Shown here: positions 1 through 12,728 of the stretch, piece after piece
Layout of the letters: every line of letters begins with the position of its first letter
Numbering within the stretch: the stretch's first letter is position 1
Assembly (NCBI RefSeq): GCF_006345805.1
Contig: NC_043003.1
Location: forward strand, 87,234,001-87,298,000
DNA length: 64,000 bases
Direction: 5' to 3'
Source of the DNA: Octopus sinensis
Lineage: Eukaryota
Program-made: the position numbers and the translations under genes
Notes under the pieces: generated by a model
Database searches by the model: none
Told to the model about the DNA's origin: nothing
Seen by the model: only the letters and a program-made list of their open reading frames with translations

Positions 1-75
1 TTGTATGTATGTATGTATGTATGTATGTATGTATGTATTTATAGTGCCATGTGTTTCATGCCATGGAAAATTAAA

Positions 76-120
<45 letters not shown>

Positions 121-377
121 CATGTGTGTGTGTACGTATCCTTTGTCAATACATATCAACAAATGAAGAAGTTGAAAAACCAGGGCTTTAGGGGAATGAT
201 ATTCTAAGGTATTTATGTTTATAACTGTTGAAAACTGGTGTTGTTATTGTTTATATATCTCACAACCTAGTGGTTCAACAAATAGGATAGATAAGTACCT
301 GATTGAAATAACTACTAAGTTAACATATAGTGGTTTCTCAGCATGGTGGCAATCCAATGAGAAAAACCAACAAATGT

Positions 378-770
378 CATCATCATCATCATCATTGTTT
401 AACGTCCACTTTCCATGCTAGCATGGGTTGGACGGTTCAACTGGGGTCTGGGAAGCCCGAAGGCTGCACCAGGCCAGTCAGATCTGGCAGTGTTTCTACA
501 GCTGGATGCCCTTCCTAATGCCAACCACTCCGGGAGTGTAGTGGGTGCTTTTTATGTGCCACCGACACAGGTGCCAGACGAGGCTGGCGAACGGCCACGC
601 TCGGATGGTGCTTTTTACATGCCACTGGCACGGCCACAATCGGATGGTATTTGTTATGTGCCACCAGCATGGAGGCCAGTTGATGCGGTGCTGGCTACGG
701 CCACATTCTGATGGCTCTCTTATGTGCCACTGGCACTGGTACCACAAACTACAAATTCCATTGTATAAAA
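378..770 (-). mobile_element. SINE family with (ATG)n tail; other copies ~13001-13253, 16837-17280, 24530-24830, 25356-25533, 29484-29910, 39030-39428, 61832-62072
   Basis: recurrent core GGTTGGCGTTAGGAAGGGCATCCAGCTGTAGAAA...CCATGCTAGCATGGAAAGCGGACGTTAAACGATGATG. Confidence 0.85.
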
Positions 771-949
771 GCAATTTTGATTTTTAAATAGCTGATTATT
801 TGCTGTTAAAATATGATGCAAATTGCTGCTAAGATTGAAAGGCCCCTTAAATACAAATGCTGTTTTGCTTCAAAAACAGCATTTGTAGTTGAATTTGAGC
901 CTGGCAGTTGAATTTGAGTTAATGTAGTAAAATTAAATGATCATTACTT

Positions 950-1181
950 ATTTCTTTATTGCCCACAGGGGGCTAAACATAGAGGGGACAAACAAGGACA
1001 GACAAAGATATTAAGTTGATTACATCGACCCCAGTGCGTAACTGGTACTTAATTTATCGGCACCGAAAAGATGAAAGGCAAAGTCGACCTCGGTGAAATT
1101 TGAACTCAGAATGTAACGGCAGATGAAATACCATTAAGCATTTCGTCCTGCGTGCTAACGTTTTTGCCAGCTTGTCGCCTT
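950..1181 (-). mobile_element. tRNA-derived SINE; other copies 18928-19157(+), 21223-21445(-), 27074-27450(-), 32114-32345(-), tandem copies 43219-43662(-)
   Basis: recurrent ATCGACCCCGAAAGGATGAAAGGCAAAGTCGACCTCGGCGGAATTTGAACTC with B-box GTTCAAATTCC on the element strand. Confidence 0.85.
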
Positions 1182-2162
1182 AAGTGATCATTACTATTAA
1201 GCTTTAGTTGTTTGACCAGTAACCTTTTCTTTTACATGCCTCAGTCATTTGACTACAGCCATGCTGGAGCACCACCTTAAAACTGACACTTCCTATCACC
1301 AGGATATATTCCTTTGTGCTTATGATAAAGACATTTAACTTTTAAATAATCCAATATTTGTATCAATAAAAACAAATACTCTATATACAAAAAAGTGTAA
1401 CCCACAGTTAAAAACAGTGAGAACTCTATATAATTGCCCCCATTATGTATTTAACTTTGAAAAGCATGAGAGTGTTTTGTGCTATATGCACCATAAAAAT
1501 ATTATATCTTCAAGTTTGTGCCTATCCTATTGAATGAGTTGTATGACTCTCATTTGTTTGTTTGTTGAATGTAGCTGATTAAAAGCGCAAGTGTTAGTCA
1601 AAATTTTCTCGTGCGAAAACTTGTTGTTATTGTTACTGTCGTTGTCTTGCTGGATCAGGTCTTGGATAGCTCCAAATTAATGGATATATACCATGAAAGG
1701 AGTCACAACATAAGCCAAATGTTTAAGAAATCCGCTTCCTAAATCACAAAGTCCTAGTTTCAATCTCACTATGTGGCATCTTGGACAAGTGTCTTTTATC
1801 AAAGCCTTGAGTTGAGGGAAGCCTTGGGAGTGAGATACAATAGACAGAAACTGTGCAGAAGCCTATAATGCAAATTTTATCTGTAATGGATTGTGTCTGT
1901 TATTCAATCTTGTCAAACATTATGTCACGTTGATTCTGTCAGGGGTTTACATTCAGAACACTGGTGTCAGTGGAATGCTTGGTCACTTACATGTTAATTC
2001 ATTGAGCCAGTAATTAAGCTGATTAAACAACTAAATAGTCATTGTAGAAACCAAATGGAGGTCCATTTACTAGTCGAGAAATTATTTTAGGGGCAGCATA
2101 TGTATTTGCTGAAACTATGTCATCGTAATGCTATTTTGTTCTTTTGTCCATCTTCTATTTAG

Positions 2163-2304
2163 ATAAGGTGCAGAACTTATAGTTACTATTGTGTTACCAG
2201 TCTTCTCTTAAATTATTGAAAACGTTGCAAGTTGTCCCAAAGAGAGATGGGCAAAGATGTGCTATGTTTGGAGTGTTTTGATTTCTTGAGATTTACTTGA
2301 TGCG
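2163..2304 (+). pseudogene. exon 1 (phase 1-2)
   Basis: cttctatttAG|...CG|GTtggt; translates KVQNL*LLLCYQSSLKLLKTLQVVPKRDGQRCAMFGVF*FLEIYLMR. Confidence 0.65.
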
Positions 2305-2479
2305 GTTGGTAGCATAGCAAGGACTTTTGAACAAATGACAGTATTAATGATATGCATATTTTGATATCAAGCAATCTATTGAAACAAAAACTTCCTCAGC
2401 CTCCTATTGTAGCCTTTAGATGAAATAGAAATATAAGAGAACTATTAACCTCTACTTCTGACTCCAAGAAAACCAACAT

Positions 2480-2930
2480 TGGAGTTTTTGCATGCTGTAC
2501 CTTGAAAACAGCCACAAGAGAGGTAAGCCTGTTCATTGTGCAACAACATGTGTCAAGCGAATTCCATCAGGAATCATAACAGATTTGTTATGATTTACAT
2601 GGAAGGTGAGACGTGTAGAGATTCCCATTTGGTGTATGCAGCAGAATGCACCAAACACAACTTAATTTATGCTGGTTCGACAACAGAACAATGAAACAAA
2701 AAATTCAGTTGGCATAGATATGATGTCAGACACAAGAACAGTAGTTCAACAGAACTTGCCGAGCATCTTGCATGAAATGGCTGCAGTTTTGAAAAAGACT
2801 TGAAAGGGCATATTCTCAGAAAATATTCTGAATCTGCTATGCTTTCAGTACTCAAAATGCATGAGGAGAAATGTTTGTGGGTTATTAACATCACACCCTG
2901 GAGGAATGACTAAAATGACAGGAGAATTTC
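2480..2930 (+). mobile_element. Penelope-like element GIY-YIG endonuclease remnant
   Basis: translates ETCRDSHLVYAAECTKHNLIYAGSTTEQ*NKKFSWHRYDV...TELAEH (GIY-YIG pattern). Confidence 0.75.
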
Positions 2931-2936
2931 CTCATG

Positions 2937-3056
2937 GCTTACGGCCATATCACATTGAAAGCACCGGTTCTCATCCGATCACCGAAGTTAAGCAACATCG
3001 AGCCTAGTTAGTACTTAGATGGGTGACCGCTTGGGAAACCTAGGTGCTGTAAGCAT
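2937..3056 (+). rRNA. 5S rRNA copy (CpG-decayed pseudogene forming the head of a retroposon)
   Basis: GCTTACGGCCATATC...CCGATCACCGAAGTTAAGC...GTTAGTACTTAGATGGGTGACCGCTTGGGAA...GGTGCTGTAAGCAT, full-length eukaryotic 5S; solitary and followed by a SINE-type tail. Confidence 0.92.
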
Positions 3057-3242
3057 TCCTCATTTTAAATGGCGGTGCCCCAGCATGGCCACAGCTTGTG
3101 AGCTGAAACTAGATAAATAAATAAAATAAAATATTTACACAAAACTGTTTGATTAAATATTCTTCTTCTTTTTCCTTTTCTTTTTTCTTTCCTTTTCTTT
3201 TTCTCTCTTTTTCTTCTCTTTTTTTCTTTTTATTTTTGCCAG

Positions 3243-3298
3243 TTGTAAACTTGAAATTTGAAGACTGAGGATGTCATTCCATCAACATGGGAACACTG
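3243..3298 (+). pseudogene. exon 2 (phase 2-1)
   Basis: long pyrimidine tract, tttttgccAG|...G|GTtgct; CKLEI*RLRMSFHQHGNT(D). Confidence 0.65.
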
Positions 3299-3436
3299 GT
3301 TGCTCTCATTCATATTTTAGATTTGAATTTCTATAATTTTGAATTTTTATCACTTTTCATTTTGAACTTGACAAAGACATGCTTGCTGTCGAAATATTGT
3401 TCAACCAATAAAATATCTATTGCAATCGCATCAAGA

Positions 3437-3585
3437 TGAAGAAGAAGAAGAAGAAGAAGAAGAAGAAGAAGAAGAAGAAGAAGAAGAAGAAGAAGAAGAA
3501 GAAGAAGAAGAAGAAGAAGAAGAAGAAGAAGAAGAAGAAGAAGAAGAAGAAGAAGAAGAAGAAGAAGAAGAAGAAGAAGAAGAAG
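3437..3585. repeat. (GAA)n microsatellite, ~49 units
   Basis: direct reading. Confidence 0.98.
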
Positions 3586-3921
3586 ATACTGGAAAAACTG
3601 AAGAAAGAAGAAAAAGTGAACAACTATGATGAAGTGGAAATACATAAGTTGTGGGCAATGAAGAAAGTAGATGTGATACCAATAGTAATTAGAGCACTTG
3701 GAAGTATCAGTATCCAACTACCAATGTGGATCAAAATGAATGGAACAAATGTAAAGATAGAACACCTGTAAAAATTGACTTTACTTGGAACTGGAAGAGT
3801 ACTCCACAGGATTCTTGAAGCATGACCAGTAAACAAGTGTCACCTTAGTCTCCTGGCTATGGACAGCTGACACATTTCCATCATACCCAGCAAAAAAAAG
3901 CTCAGTTTTTTTATGATGATG

Positions 3922-3991
<70 letters not shown>
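3586..3991 (+). mobile_element. R4/Dong-like (RLE) LINE 3' end with (TAA)n tail
   Basis: EKVNNYDE...KLWAMKKVDVIPIVIRALGSI...LLGTGRVL (RLE C-terminal motifs), followed by (TAA)n. Confidence 0.75.
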
Positions 3992-3994
<3 letters not shown>

Positions 3995-4252
3995 CCTTTC
4001 TACTATAGGTACAAGGCCTAAAATTTAGTGGGAGGAGCTAGTCAATTATCTGAATTCCAGTACATGACTGGCACCCTATTTTCTCAACACTGAAAGTTTG
4101 ACGGTAAGTTTGACATCAGCGGGATTTGAACTCAGAATGTAAAGATCAGGAAGAAATACTGCTAAGAATTTTGTTGTCCAACGCACTAAAGATTTTGCTG
4201 GCTCACCACTCTAATAATAATGATGATAATAATAATAACAATAATAACAATA

Positions 4253-4284
<32 letters not shown>

Positions 4285-4512
4285 AGTTCAATTCAGTTTA
4301 ATCTGATGGTAGTATTTGTGCCAGAATTCAGTTATACATCCAAAAGATTTTGTGAATGAAACATTCAACTCTTTTACTGTTGTCATCTGACATGCTGTTT
4401 TATATTCTGTTTTTTTTTTTTTAATGAAGTACAATATTCCAAAGTGTTGAACTCTTAATTATTTTCTATTCCTATTCATTTATTTATTTTTGTGTTATTT
4501 TTCATTCCTGAG

Positions 4513-4563
4513 ATCTTTTAAAACAACTGAAAGTACTTCTGTATCATCACATGACCTTCTCAA
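4513..4563 (+). pseudogene. exon 3 (phase 1-1)
   Basis: ttcattcctgAG|...A|GTtagt; LLKQLKVLLYHHMTFS(R). Confidence 0.65.
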
Positions 4564-4763
4564 GTTAGTCAAGTCTTTTTTTAAAACACCCATCTCAGAA
4601 AAGAGAACTTTATGACTCTTATCAAAAAAAAATCTACATATACTGTGTGCCCATGTGTGAGTGTGTATGCTTATGTGTGTGTGTGTGTCAGTGCATGCAT
4701 GTTTGTGTGTGTGTATATATATATATATACATGTATGTATGTATATATATATATATATAGTGA

Positions 4764-5082
4764 GGGCGCATGGCTTAGTGGTTAGGGCATTCGACTCATG
4801 ATCGTAAGGTTGTGAGTTCGATTCCCGGCGACGCGTTGTGTCCTTGAGCAAGACACTTTATTTCACGTTGCTCCAGTCCACTCAGCTGGCAAAAATGAGT
4901 TGTACTTGTATTTCAAAGGGTCAGCCTTGTCACTCTCTGTGTCACGCTGATTATCCCCGAGAACTACGTTAAGGGTACACGTGTCTGTGGAATGCTCAGC
5001 CATTTGCACGTTAATTTCACGAGCAAGCTGTTCCGTTGATCGTATCAGCTGGGACCCTCGTCGTCGTAACCGGCGGAGTCTT
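4764..5082 (+). mobile_element. tRNA-derived SINE (inverted copy ~24833-25180)
   Basis: A-box TGGCTTAGTGG, B-box GTTCGATTCC, then TTGTGTCCTTGAGCAAGACACTT core. Confidence 0.85.
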
Positions 5083-5650
5083 CTAATATATATATATAAG
5101 TCGAAACACGCATTGCGTCGAACCAGGGGCAGCTGATGAAGGAGAATTTTCCTTGTATTGTTTGTCCTGTACTCTTTTTTTTACGTTGTTAAAAAAAGTC
5201 TGTTTCCTTGTTTGTTTTTATGTTTTCGTTTCACATTGTGTTCTACATTTATTTGTGGTGTCCTGTACTCATATATATATATATGCATGTATATATACAT
5301 ATAGATGTAAGTATGTACATATGTGTATGTATATATGCATATATTTTATTTATTTATTATATTGTTATTATATGTATATACATACAGGTATATGTATATA
5401 CATACAGATATATATATTATATATATATATATATATACATGCACACATACATATATATACATATATATACTTGTGTATAGAAGTATGTTGGGTGGGATAT
5501 ATGACAAATCTAAAAGGCCTGAATTCTATTTGTAATATATACAAATATTGATCACGTTTTACATAAGACACGTCACAGCTGTTGTATATATTTTTCCTCC
5601 AAGATGTCATTCGTCATCATCCTCACCGCCTCTGTCACTCTGTCGCTGAT

Positions 5651-5688
<38 letters not shown>

Positions 5689-5867
5689 TTTTTTTTCTTT
5701 TTTATTCCACTGACTGTCTTTTTATTTCTGCTATTTTCACTAGTTATACAGGTCTGCCTAGTCTAAATGCCAACAGTTACAAGACAAGGTGTGTGGCAGG
5801 ATTATTTTTACTCGTAGCAACTGGTGCAAAAGATTTGCTGCAAAGAACTTCATAGATTAACAGAACG

Positions 5868-5881
5868 ATGTATGTGTGTGC

Positions 5882-5925
<44 letters not shown>

Positions 5926-6325
5926 GATGTGTGTGTGTGTATGTTTGTGTGTGTGTGTGTGATGTGTGTGTGTGTATGTTTGTGTGTGTGTGTGTTTATG
6001 TGTGTGTGTGTGTTTATGTGTGTGTATGTTTGTGTGTGTGGGTGTGTGATGTGTGTGTGTGTATGTTTGTGTGTGTGTGTGTGTGATGTGTGTGTGTGTA
6101 TGTTTGTGTGTGTGCGTGTGTTTGTGGTGTGTGTGTGTGTGTGTGCGTGTGATGTGTGTGTGTGTATGTTTGTGTGTGTGTGTGATGTGTGTGTGTGTAT
6201 GTTTGTGTGTGTGTGTGTTATGTGTGTGTGTGTTTTTATGTGTGTGTATGTTTGTGTGTGTGGGTGTGTGATGTGTGTGTGTGTATGTTGTGTGTGTGGG
6301 TGTGTGATGTGTGTGGGGGGGGGGT
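5868..6325. repeat. compound (TG)n microsatellite
   Basis: direct reading. Confidence 0.95.
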
Positions 6326-6819
6326 ATGTAAGGGAGTGATGGAGCTGGAGAACATGAAAGTGCACCTGTACGTATTTGTGTATATGCATATGTTTGTAAG
6401 TGTATCTGTGTGTCTGTAAAGAAAGAAAGAAAGAAAAAGAGCATACATGTAAGTTTGGGCATATATGCATGTGTTTGTGTGCATGTGGTTGTGTGTTTGT
6501 ATGTGTGTGTGTGTGTGTGTGTATTTGTTTGTATGTGTGCGTGTGTGCAAAGGAAAAAAGAGAAATTTTTGTACACGTAGGTCTGTAAGTGCATGTGGGC
6601 GTGTGTATTCATGTGTAGGGGGAGATGGATCAAGAGAAAATGTGTGATTGTGTGCGCATGTCTGGGTAAACTACTCAAAATAAAGAAAATTCTAGTGTAG
6701 TAACTGAGCGTATAAACAAAGAGAAAAGCATGTATATCGAAACGTGAGGAAACTTTTCAAAAGGTTTCAAAAGATTAGCAGTCAATCAGACAGAATGACC
6801 TGAATATTTTTTGTTTCAG

Positions 6820-6877
6820 GAAAAAGATTAACATGACCTGAAAATGATGAGGCATGTTTATAGTACACGTTGAACAA
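6820..6877 (+). pseudogene. exon 4 (phase 1-2)
   Basis: ttttttgtttcAG|...AA|GTcagt; KRLT*PENDEACL*YTLN(N). Confidence 0.7.
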
Positions 6878-9842
6878 GTCAGTTTTGTTTCTTCTTTAAT
6901 ACATTTCCTAGAGGCATTTTTTTAAAGCAAGTCAGGGTTTATGATCGTCATCATGGTTTTAAAATCATGTGAGCCACTTGGTGCACCTAGGTGTTCCCAA
7001 GGAGTGTATTGTAGGGGCACACTGTCTTTGTTGGTTTCGCCTGCTTTTTATACTCTTTTTCTTTCTTTTCCTTTTTTCTGGTGTTATATCAGTGTAAAGA
7101 TCAGTAACTTCTTTTTGGAATGGCTCACTCTCGGGAGGTTTTTTTCATTCATCTCCTCCACTCACTATTCCTAGCAGGGTCATGGAGGGATGGAGTAGAG
7201 TCTTTAAAAACCTCCTCCATAGGATTCTATCAGACACAACCACCATTTAACTTTTCTGCCAGATTCTCAAATGTGACCATCTGAGTCCAACCATTTCATT
7301 ATTGGTCTACCCCTAGGTCTTCTGCCAGTTGGCTTGTCCTGAAGAATCTATGTTTGATGGTGAATGAAAATCTATTTAAGGTGATGGTGAGTCAAAATGC
7401 GAGAAAAATTTTACCTGAACAAAGTTTATCCGTCAAAATCATTTTATTTGTTACACAAGAGTATTATTGGTACCAAGGGAACTGGAAAATCTTGGGGAAA
7501 ATGTATACCAGAGTCTTTACTAAAATTCAAGGATTTCATAATAAAAGGTCTTTTTATTTTTCCATCGTGATCTGTAGCTAATCTCACATCTGATGATGAA
7601 AAAATATACATTTCAAATCCTTCTATTTCCATTATTTGTTTAACTTTTGATTTCATAAACAAAAAATTAAACCAATGGATCACAAATACATTAAATTTCA
7701 AAAAATAAAATAAGAAATGTCCAAAACCCACAAAGTAAAGTCATAATGGTCCATCTGTTGCTGACCCATGAATTAGTCTTTTCCTTGGTAAATAAAATAT
7801 ATATAATGTGGGTTGGATTTTTGTGTTGGACAGTAATTGGGTTGTGCATGTATTGTGTGAACTATTATGTGTTGTAGTGAGGCTTCTGCTAAGTTTCAAA
7901 CAATCTCACATTGATCCACTGCTTAGAACCATTTCCAAACTATATTGACATAAAAGCAAAGATCAGCTGCAAGAAATTAACTGTGTCACCATTACTGCTT
8001 AAGTAAACACAATTTGACCAATCAGTTCAGCTTGATTATAAACAAATAGTAATAGACTTGTAAGCAGGCTTATGAATTTTCCCATCAAGCAATTCTGCCA
8101 AAAGTTCTAGAAGTTTTGACTGAATGTTATAAAACTGGATATCAAACACCTGAACAAGAATATTTTATGCAATGAAGACTTGTTACTATTACATTCACAA
8201 TCTCTTGTATACTGTTTATTTCAAAACATTGCTGTATATGTGTAAATGTAAATGTTCCAAGTAGTGAAAAATATGGAAATATATAAACATGGGTCATTCA
8301 CAGATTAATGACTATGACCAACTAAAATGTTATAATGTCAAATGGTGGTTGTATAGGGTATATATTTTGTGGATTCTTGTAGCAATTGTTTAAAATATGA
8401 ATTGTTGGTGATATCTGGGACATGTTACAGTATTGAGAGTTGGTTATGTAACAGTTATTTAATTGCGTTGAGTATGTTTTGAGTAGATTGTTTTCTATTG
8501 GTGGGAGATAATTCTTTGGAGAATTTTTGTGTAAGTTGTGCACAAAGAATATTTTGTGAAGTCTATTATTCATTTGAAAGTGCCTTATGTAGAACACTGG
8601 ATATGCTTAACGGGGATAATTAACTGGGCAATGTGGAGATTTGTGAGCCTTGGTATAGTTGTTTATTTTTGTCTTCTTTATAATGTTCCACTTATTATTG
8701 GTTCAGTATTTAATTTCATAACCCTTAACTTGCTTATTTACATTTCAAGATCTCTGTGCTTTGATTGTTTCTCAGTTTCCTTCCAAGCAGTATTTTGGTC
8801 AGAAAAGATCAAATGTCTATCAGAGTACTGCGATTTTTGATCTAACCCTTGATAAGTATACCTGAATGGTTCACTTTGATATCGTTGCCAGTTGGAGCCA
8901 GACCACCATCATGTACCGCATTTAGTATATGCTTATACAATTGGCAAGCCTATCTGAATGATTCACTTTGACATCTTACCAATTATAACAAGGTCACTGT
9001 CATATACTGCAGTTGCTATATGTTTATCCCAGTTCTCAGTTTTCACATCAAAGTGTTGGCATATTCACCAAGGGATGTAGAAGTCACGCAAATGGGTCTG
9101 TGAATTTATTGTGACTTTGCAAAGACTGAGCAACTAGAAATTATGTAATCAATCATTTCATTGTGATGATTATAGAGTGTACACTTAATAGAGTTCTAAT
9201 AAGCTTTTGTGAGTGGGAGAGAGGTTAATTAGGCAGGAACCTGTACAGTTAGTATCAAACCTTCTGTTTCTGGTGTGAATGCAGAGCTTTTGAGCCATTG
9301 CTAGCTTTTATGCTACTTATTTCCTCCTGTAGAGATTTGCAGAATATTAGCAACAGTATGGTTATTCTTTGAATTTTCTTTGGTATATTTTGAGACTTTC
9401 ACTTTGATTTTGCTTTCTTCCAATTTTTAAACTTTTGTTTTGTTTTGATTTGTTTATATCATTTTTTACTGTGTAATTAGTTTCTAGTATGTATTTATAA
9501 TTTCCTTATATGTAAAGAAACAGTTTTTATTTCATATTTCTTCTTATTTTCTGTTAACTTTTGTTTGCTTTTTAATTATTTTACAGTTGTTAATTCACTA
9601 TTTTCATCAAACTACATCTTCCCTCTATCTACATTTTACCTCTATCATCTTTCGAGTGGTATCTTTGAAATGCTGTTATTATCTTTCTATTTGTCCAAAC
9701 CCTTTGATTTACTTAACTTCTAATGTATTATACTGCAGCTGAAGTTTATAACAAGAATGACTGGTGTATTTATATCTCTTATCTTATTTTTAATATTATG
9801 CTGTTTTGATATTAGTTTGACCTAATGATTTTTTTTTGTAAG

Positions 9843-9942
9843 CTCTCCAGCTGGGTATTGTCCCTTGTAAATACTTTTAAAGCATCCGTGTAAAGGAGCA
9901 ATGTTAACCATTAATGGTTTTATTCAGCAAATTTTTTATAAG
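9843..9942 (+). pseudogene. exon 5 (phase 2-0)
   Basis: ctaat branch site, poly-T, gtaAG|...AAG|GTcaaa; SPAGYCPL*ILLKHPCKGAMLTINGFIQQIFYK. Confidence 0.7.
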
Positions 9943-10073
9943 GTCAAAGCTTGACAAAACAATAACTAGAATAAAGAGTTTCCTTGAAACAATCCTCTTC
10001 TTATGAATACGATACTGGTTGTAATTATTGTCACTGCTTGCTATATATATCAAAGGGGACAAATTTTGTCTAG

Positions 10074-10139
10074 GTTTGTGACAACCAGGTACACATCATT
10101 GACAAAGCTCAAGAAAACTGAAATGCATTTGAAGTTATT
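10074..10139 (+). pseudogene. exon 6 (phase 0-0)
   Basis: ttttgtctAG|...ATT|GTgagt; VCDNQVHIIDKAQEN*NAFEVI. Confidence 0.75.
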
Positions 10140-11658
10140 GTGAGTCACTGCTCAGATGATGATTGTCTTGCTCCTGTATATAATTGTGCTTCTAACACAA
10201 GAAATTTTCTGTCAAGGAAAACCCACAGCAGCATGTTTTTCAATGGTGTAGATATGTTAAGTATGGTACACAATTGTCTATCTTTTCTTTCCCTTATAGT
10301 AAATATATTTGTTTTTAAATGATCAGCTATTACAATATTACAACAATAAACAAACAACAATTATGAAGATGATGATGATGATGATGATAATGATGAGTAG
10401 GAGGTTTGTTAGAAATAACAATGACCGACAACGATATCATTAATAATGCTGAATTTCTCTTCATGGTTGTTATCATACTTAAGAGACTATAATAACATGT
10501 AACAAGACTCAAGACACACATATACGCAAACACATATTGAAAGACTTTCAGATAATTAAAAAAAAAAAAAAAAAAATTCCGAAAACAAAAACAAAAAAAG
10601 TGTTATAATACCTGCAATAGTACACATTTATATATACATCATAAGTAAACATTAATATTTTAAGCTATCCCTGTTATTTATTATGCCTGACAGCTGTACC
10701 TTGACCCATTTTTCATCTGATCAAGCTTGATAGTCTATGCATCCAAGTGGCCCATCTGCCAACACCCACAGAACAAATGACTAGGTACACCATAGCTGAT
10801 TATACACAGGCCAACACTAAGACTGAGCCATCTTCAGACATTTCTGGAATCTGAAATGCAGTGGTCCTTTTTTGTCAAGATTTCCTTGTTCTCTATCATT
10901 CAGTCAGTGTGACAGGCGGTACATCAACTGGCAAATTCTGTAGAGAGTTAGCTGCAGGCAAAAAATGACGATATTCTCAATAAAGACTCTGAATGTCAAT
11001 GAGGATCAGCTGAACAACCTCTTGCAAAGAACTTTCTGGGACTATGAGCAACTACCAGAAATCACTTATCTGGAATGACTATGGATGACATTGCTAGTTC
11101 AAGATAAACTCTACAAACATGGTAGTGCCATCAACTGGGTCTAATCAAGTTTGGTGCTGAGCAGGGTAGCTGTTTTGCATACACCCATTTAATGTCAGAG
11201 GATTGATGCTAAACAGCTGTTGTCCAGTATAGAATGAAACTGGCTATTGACCTAATCTCTCATGAGGATCAGCTTCTGCCTTCTTTTGGCCAAGTAGAGC
11301 AGGAAAATTTCCCTTTATGTATGGTAGGCAGGATTGACATTGAAAAGACTAAAGGTAAACACTTTACTCTTCTTCCAAGCCCTCATCAATTTCTTCAAAT
11401 TTCACTTATAGAGGAAAATTACAGAAAGCACTTGCTAGTTTACTGCCTCATTTTGTTTTGTTATGGAGTTTAGCTAGGTGTTTCTTGTTTTATATTAAAG
11501 TTTGTTCTATTTTGTGTGGTGTGTATAATGTGCTATTTTGAAAAACAAAAAAGAATACAGGTGGAGTGGAACTGTAATCAAAAGTATTCTGGACATGATT
11601 ATCCCATCTTTTATCTTATACTATAACGTGATATTAAAAAATTTGGATTTTATTTCAG

Positions 11659-11762
11659 ACAGATAAAACTGCAATGTATAAGATCCCTCCTGGTGTTACT
11701 GTAACAAATGTAGGAGAAACAGAAATAAAGGCTGACTGTGGGATCAGAGCTGAAGCATGATA
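11659..11762 (+). pseudogene. exon 7 (phase 0-2), inside left arm of the inverted duplication
   Basis: ttttatttcAG|...TA|GTgagt; TDKTAMYKIPPGVTVTNVGETEIKADCGIRAEA*(Y); antisense copy at 14132-14235. Confidence 0.8.
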
Positions 11763-12504
11763 GTGAGTAAAATTTTGCCTGTCATTTGGCTTTTTTTTTT
11801 TAATCTGCTCTTGAATATTAGAGTATGTAGCAGTAGCACCATCCTGTATATGTTGGCCTTATTTTAACTTTAAAAGACAATCTCATTAGTCTCCATAGAG
11901 ATTCTTGTCAAGCATTTCTGATTTTAATCAGTTGTCACAGTCTATAAATGTAAATCTGCCATATTTCCATTTACTTAATTATTTCTGAAATTCTCTTATG
12001 TTGAAGCTCTGTCAATAATGTAAATAATGATTTTTATCAATGGTGTAACACAGCTGTAAGGCCACGAATGCTTTTTAGAGCAAACAGTCTATAAATTAAC
12101 TCCTAGTATTTACTTAAGAGAGACAAGGTGTGGTTGTTGGCAAGAAATTTGCTTCCCAACCACATAGTTCCGGTTTCAGTCCAACTGCATGGTACATGGG
12201 CCAGTGTCTTCTACTATAGTCCCAAGCCAACCAAAGCCTTGTGAGCGGGGATTTTGGTGGATGGAACAGAAGGAAGCCAGTTGTGTGTGTGTGTTTGTCT
12301 TGACATTGAGAAATAGTTCTAAATGATTGTCACTGTCATACAAGCAGTATCATTCATTTCCAATATGCTGGAAGACTATGTCTGGCCATGGAGAAATATC
12401 ACCTTATTTGGAAACAGGTGAGGGCTGACAACAAGAAGGGCATCTGCCCATTAAAAATCAGCCTCAACAAAAGTCCATGGGCATATGACGTAGTGGTTAC
12501 AATA

Positions 12505-12728
12505 GGCATATGGTGTAGTGGTTAAGAGCACAGGCTACTAACTACAAGATTCCAAGTTCAATTCCAGGCAGTGACCTGAATAATAGTAATAATAATAATA
12601 ATAATAATATCGAAAAATACATTAGAAATCAGAACCCAGGTTGATGAAGGCTGGAGGGTATATCAGCCGAAACGTGTTAACAACAAACAAAATGAGGACA
12701 AAATCAGTCAAATGTAAATAATGTAAAT
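12505..12728 (+). mobile_element. tRNA-headed element with damaged hammerhead motif and Penelope-like tail
   Basis: A-box TGGTGTAGTGG, B-box GTTCAATTCC, (TAA)n, then TTGATGA-AGGCTG..CAGCC-GAAACG, tail TGTAAATAATGTAAAT. Confidence 0.6.

Noticed and set aside
852-887. 15-bp perfect hairpin
   Set aside because: Isolated and AT-rich, with no supporting context.
4764-4835. tRNA gene (also 12505 and 36136)
   Set aside because: No complete cloverleaf; the sequence continues into a SINE body.
5101-5155. GAAAC..GCGTC..CTGATGA permuted hammerhead
   Set aside because: Stem I cannot form and the stem II/GAAA arrangement is inconsistent; at most a degenerate Penelope-like remnant.
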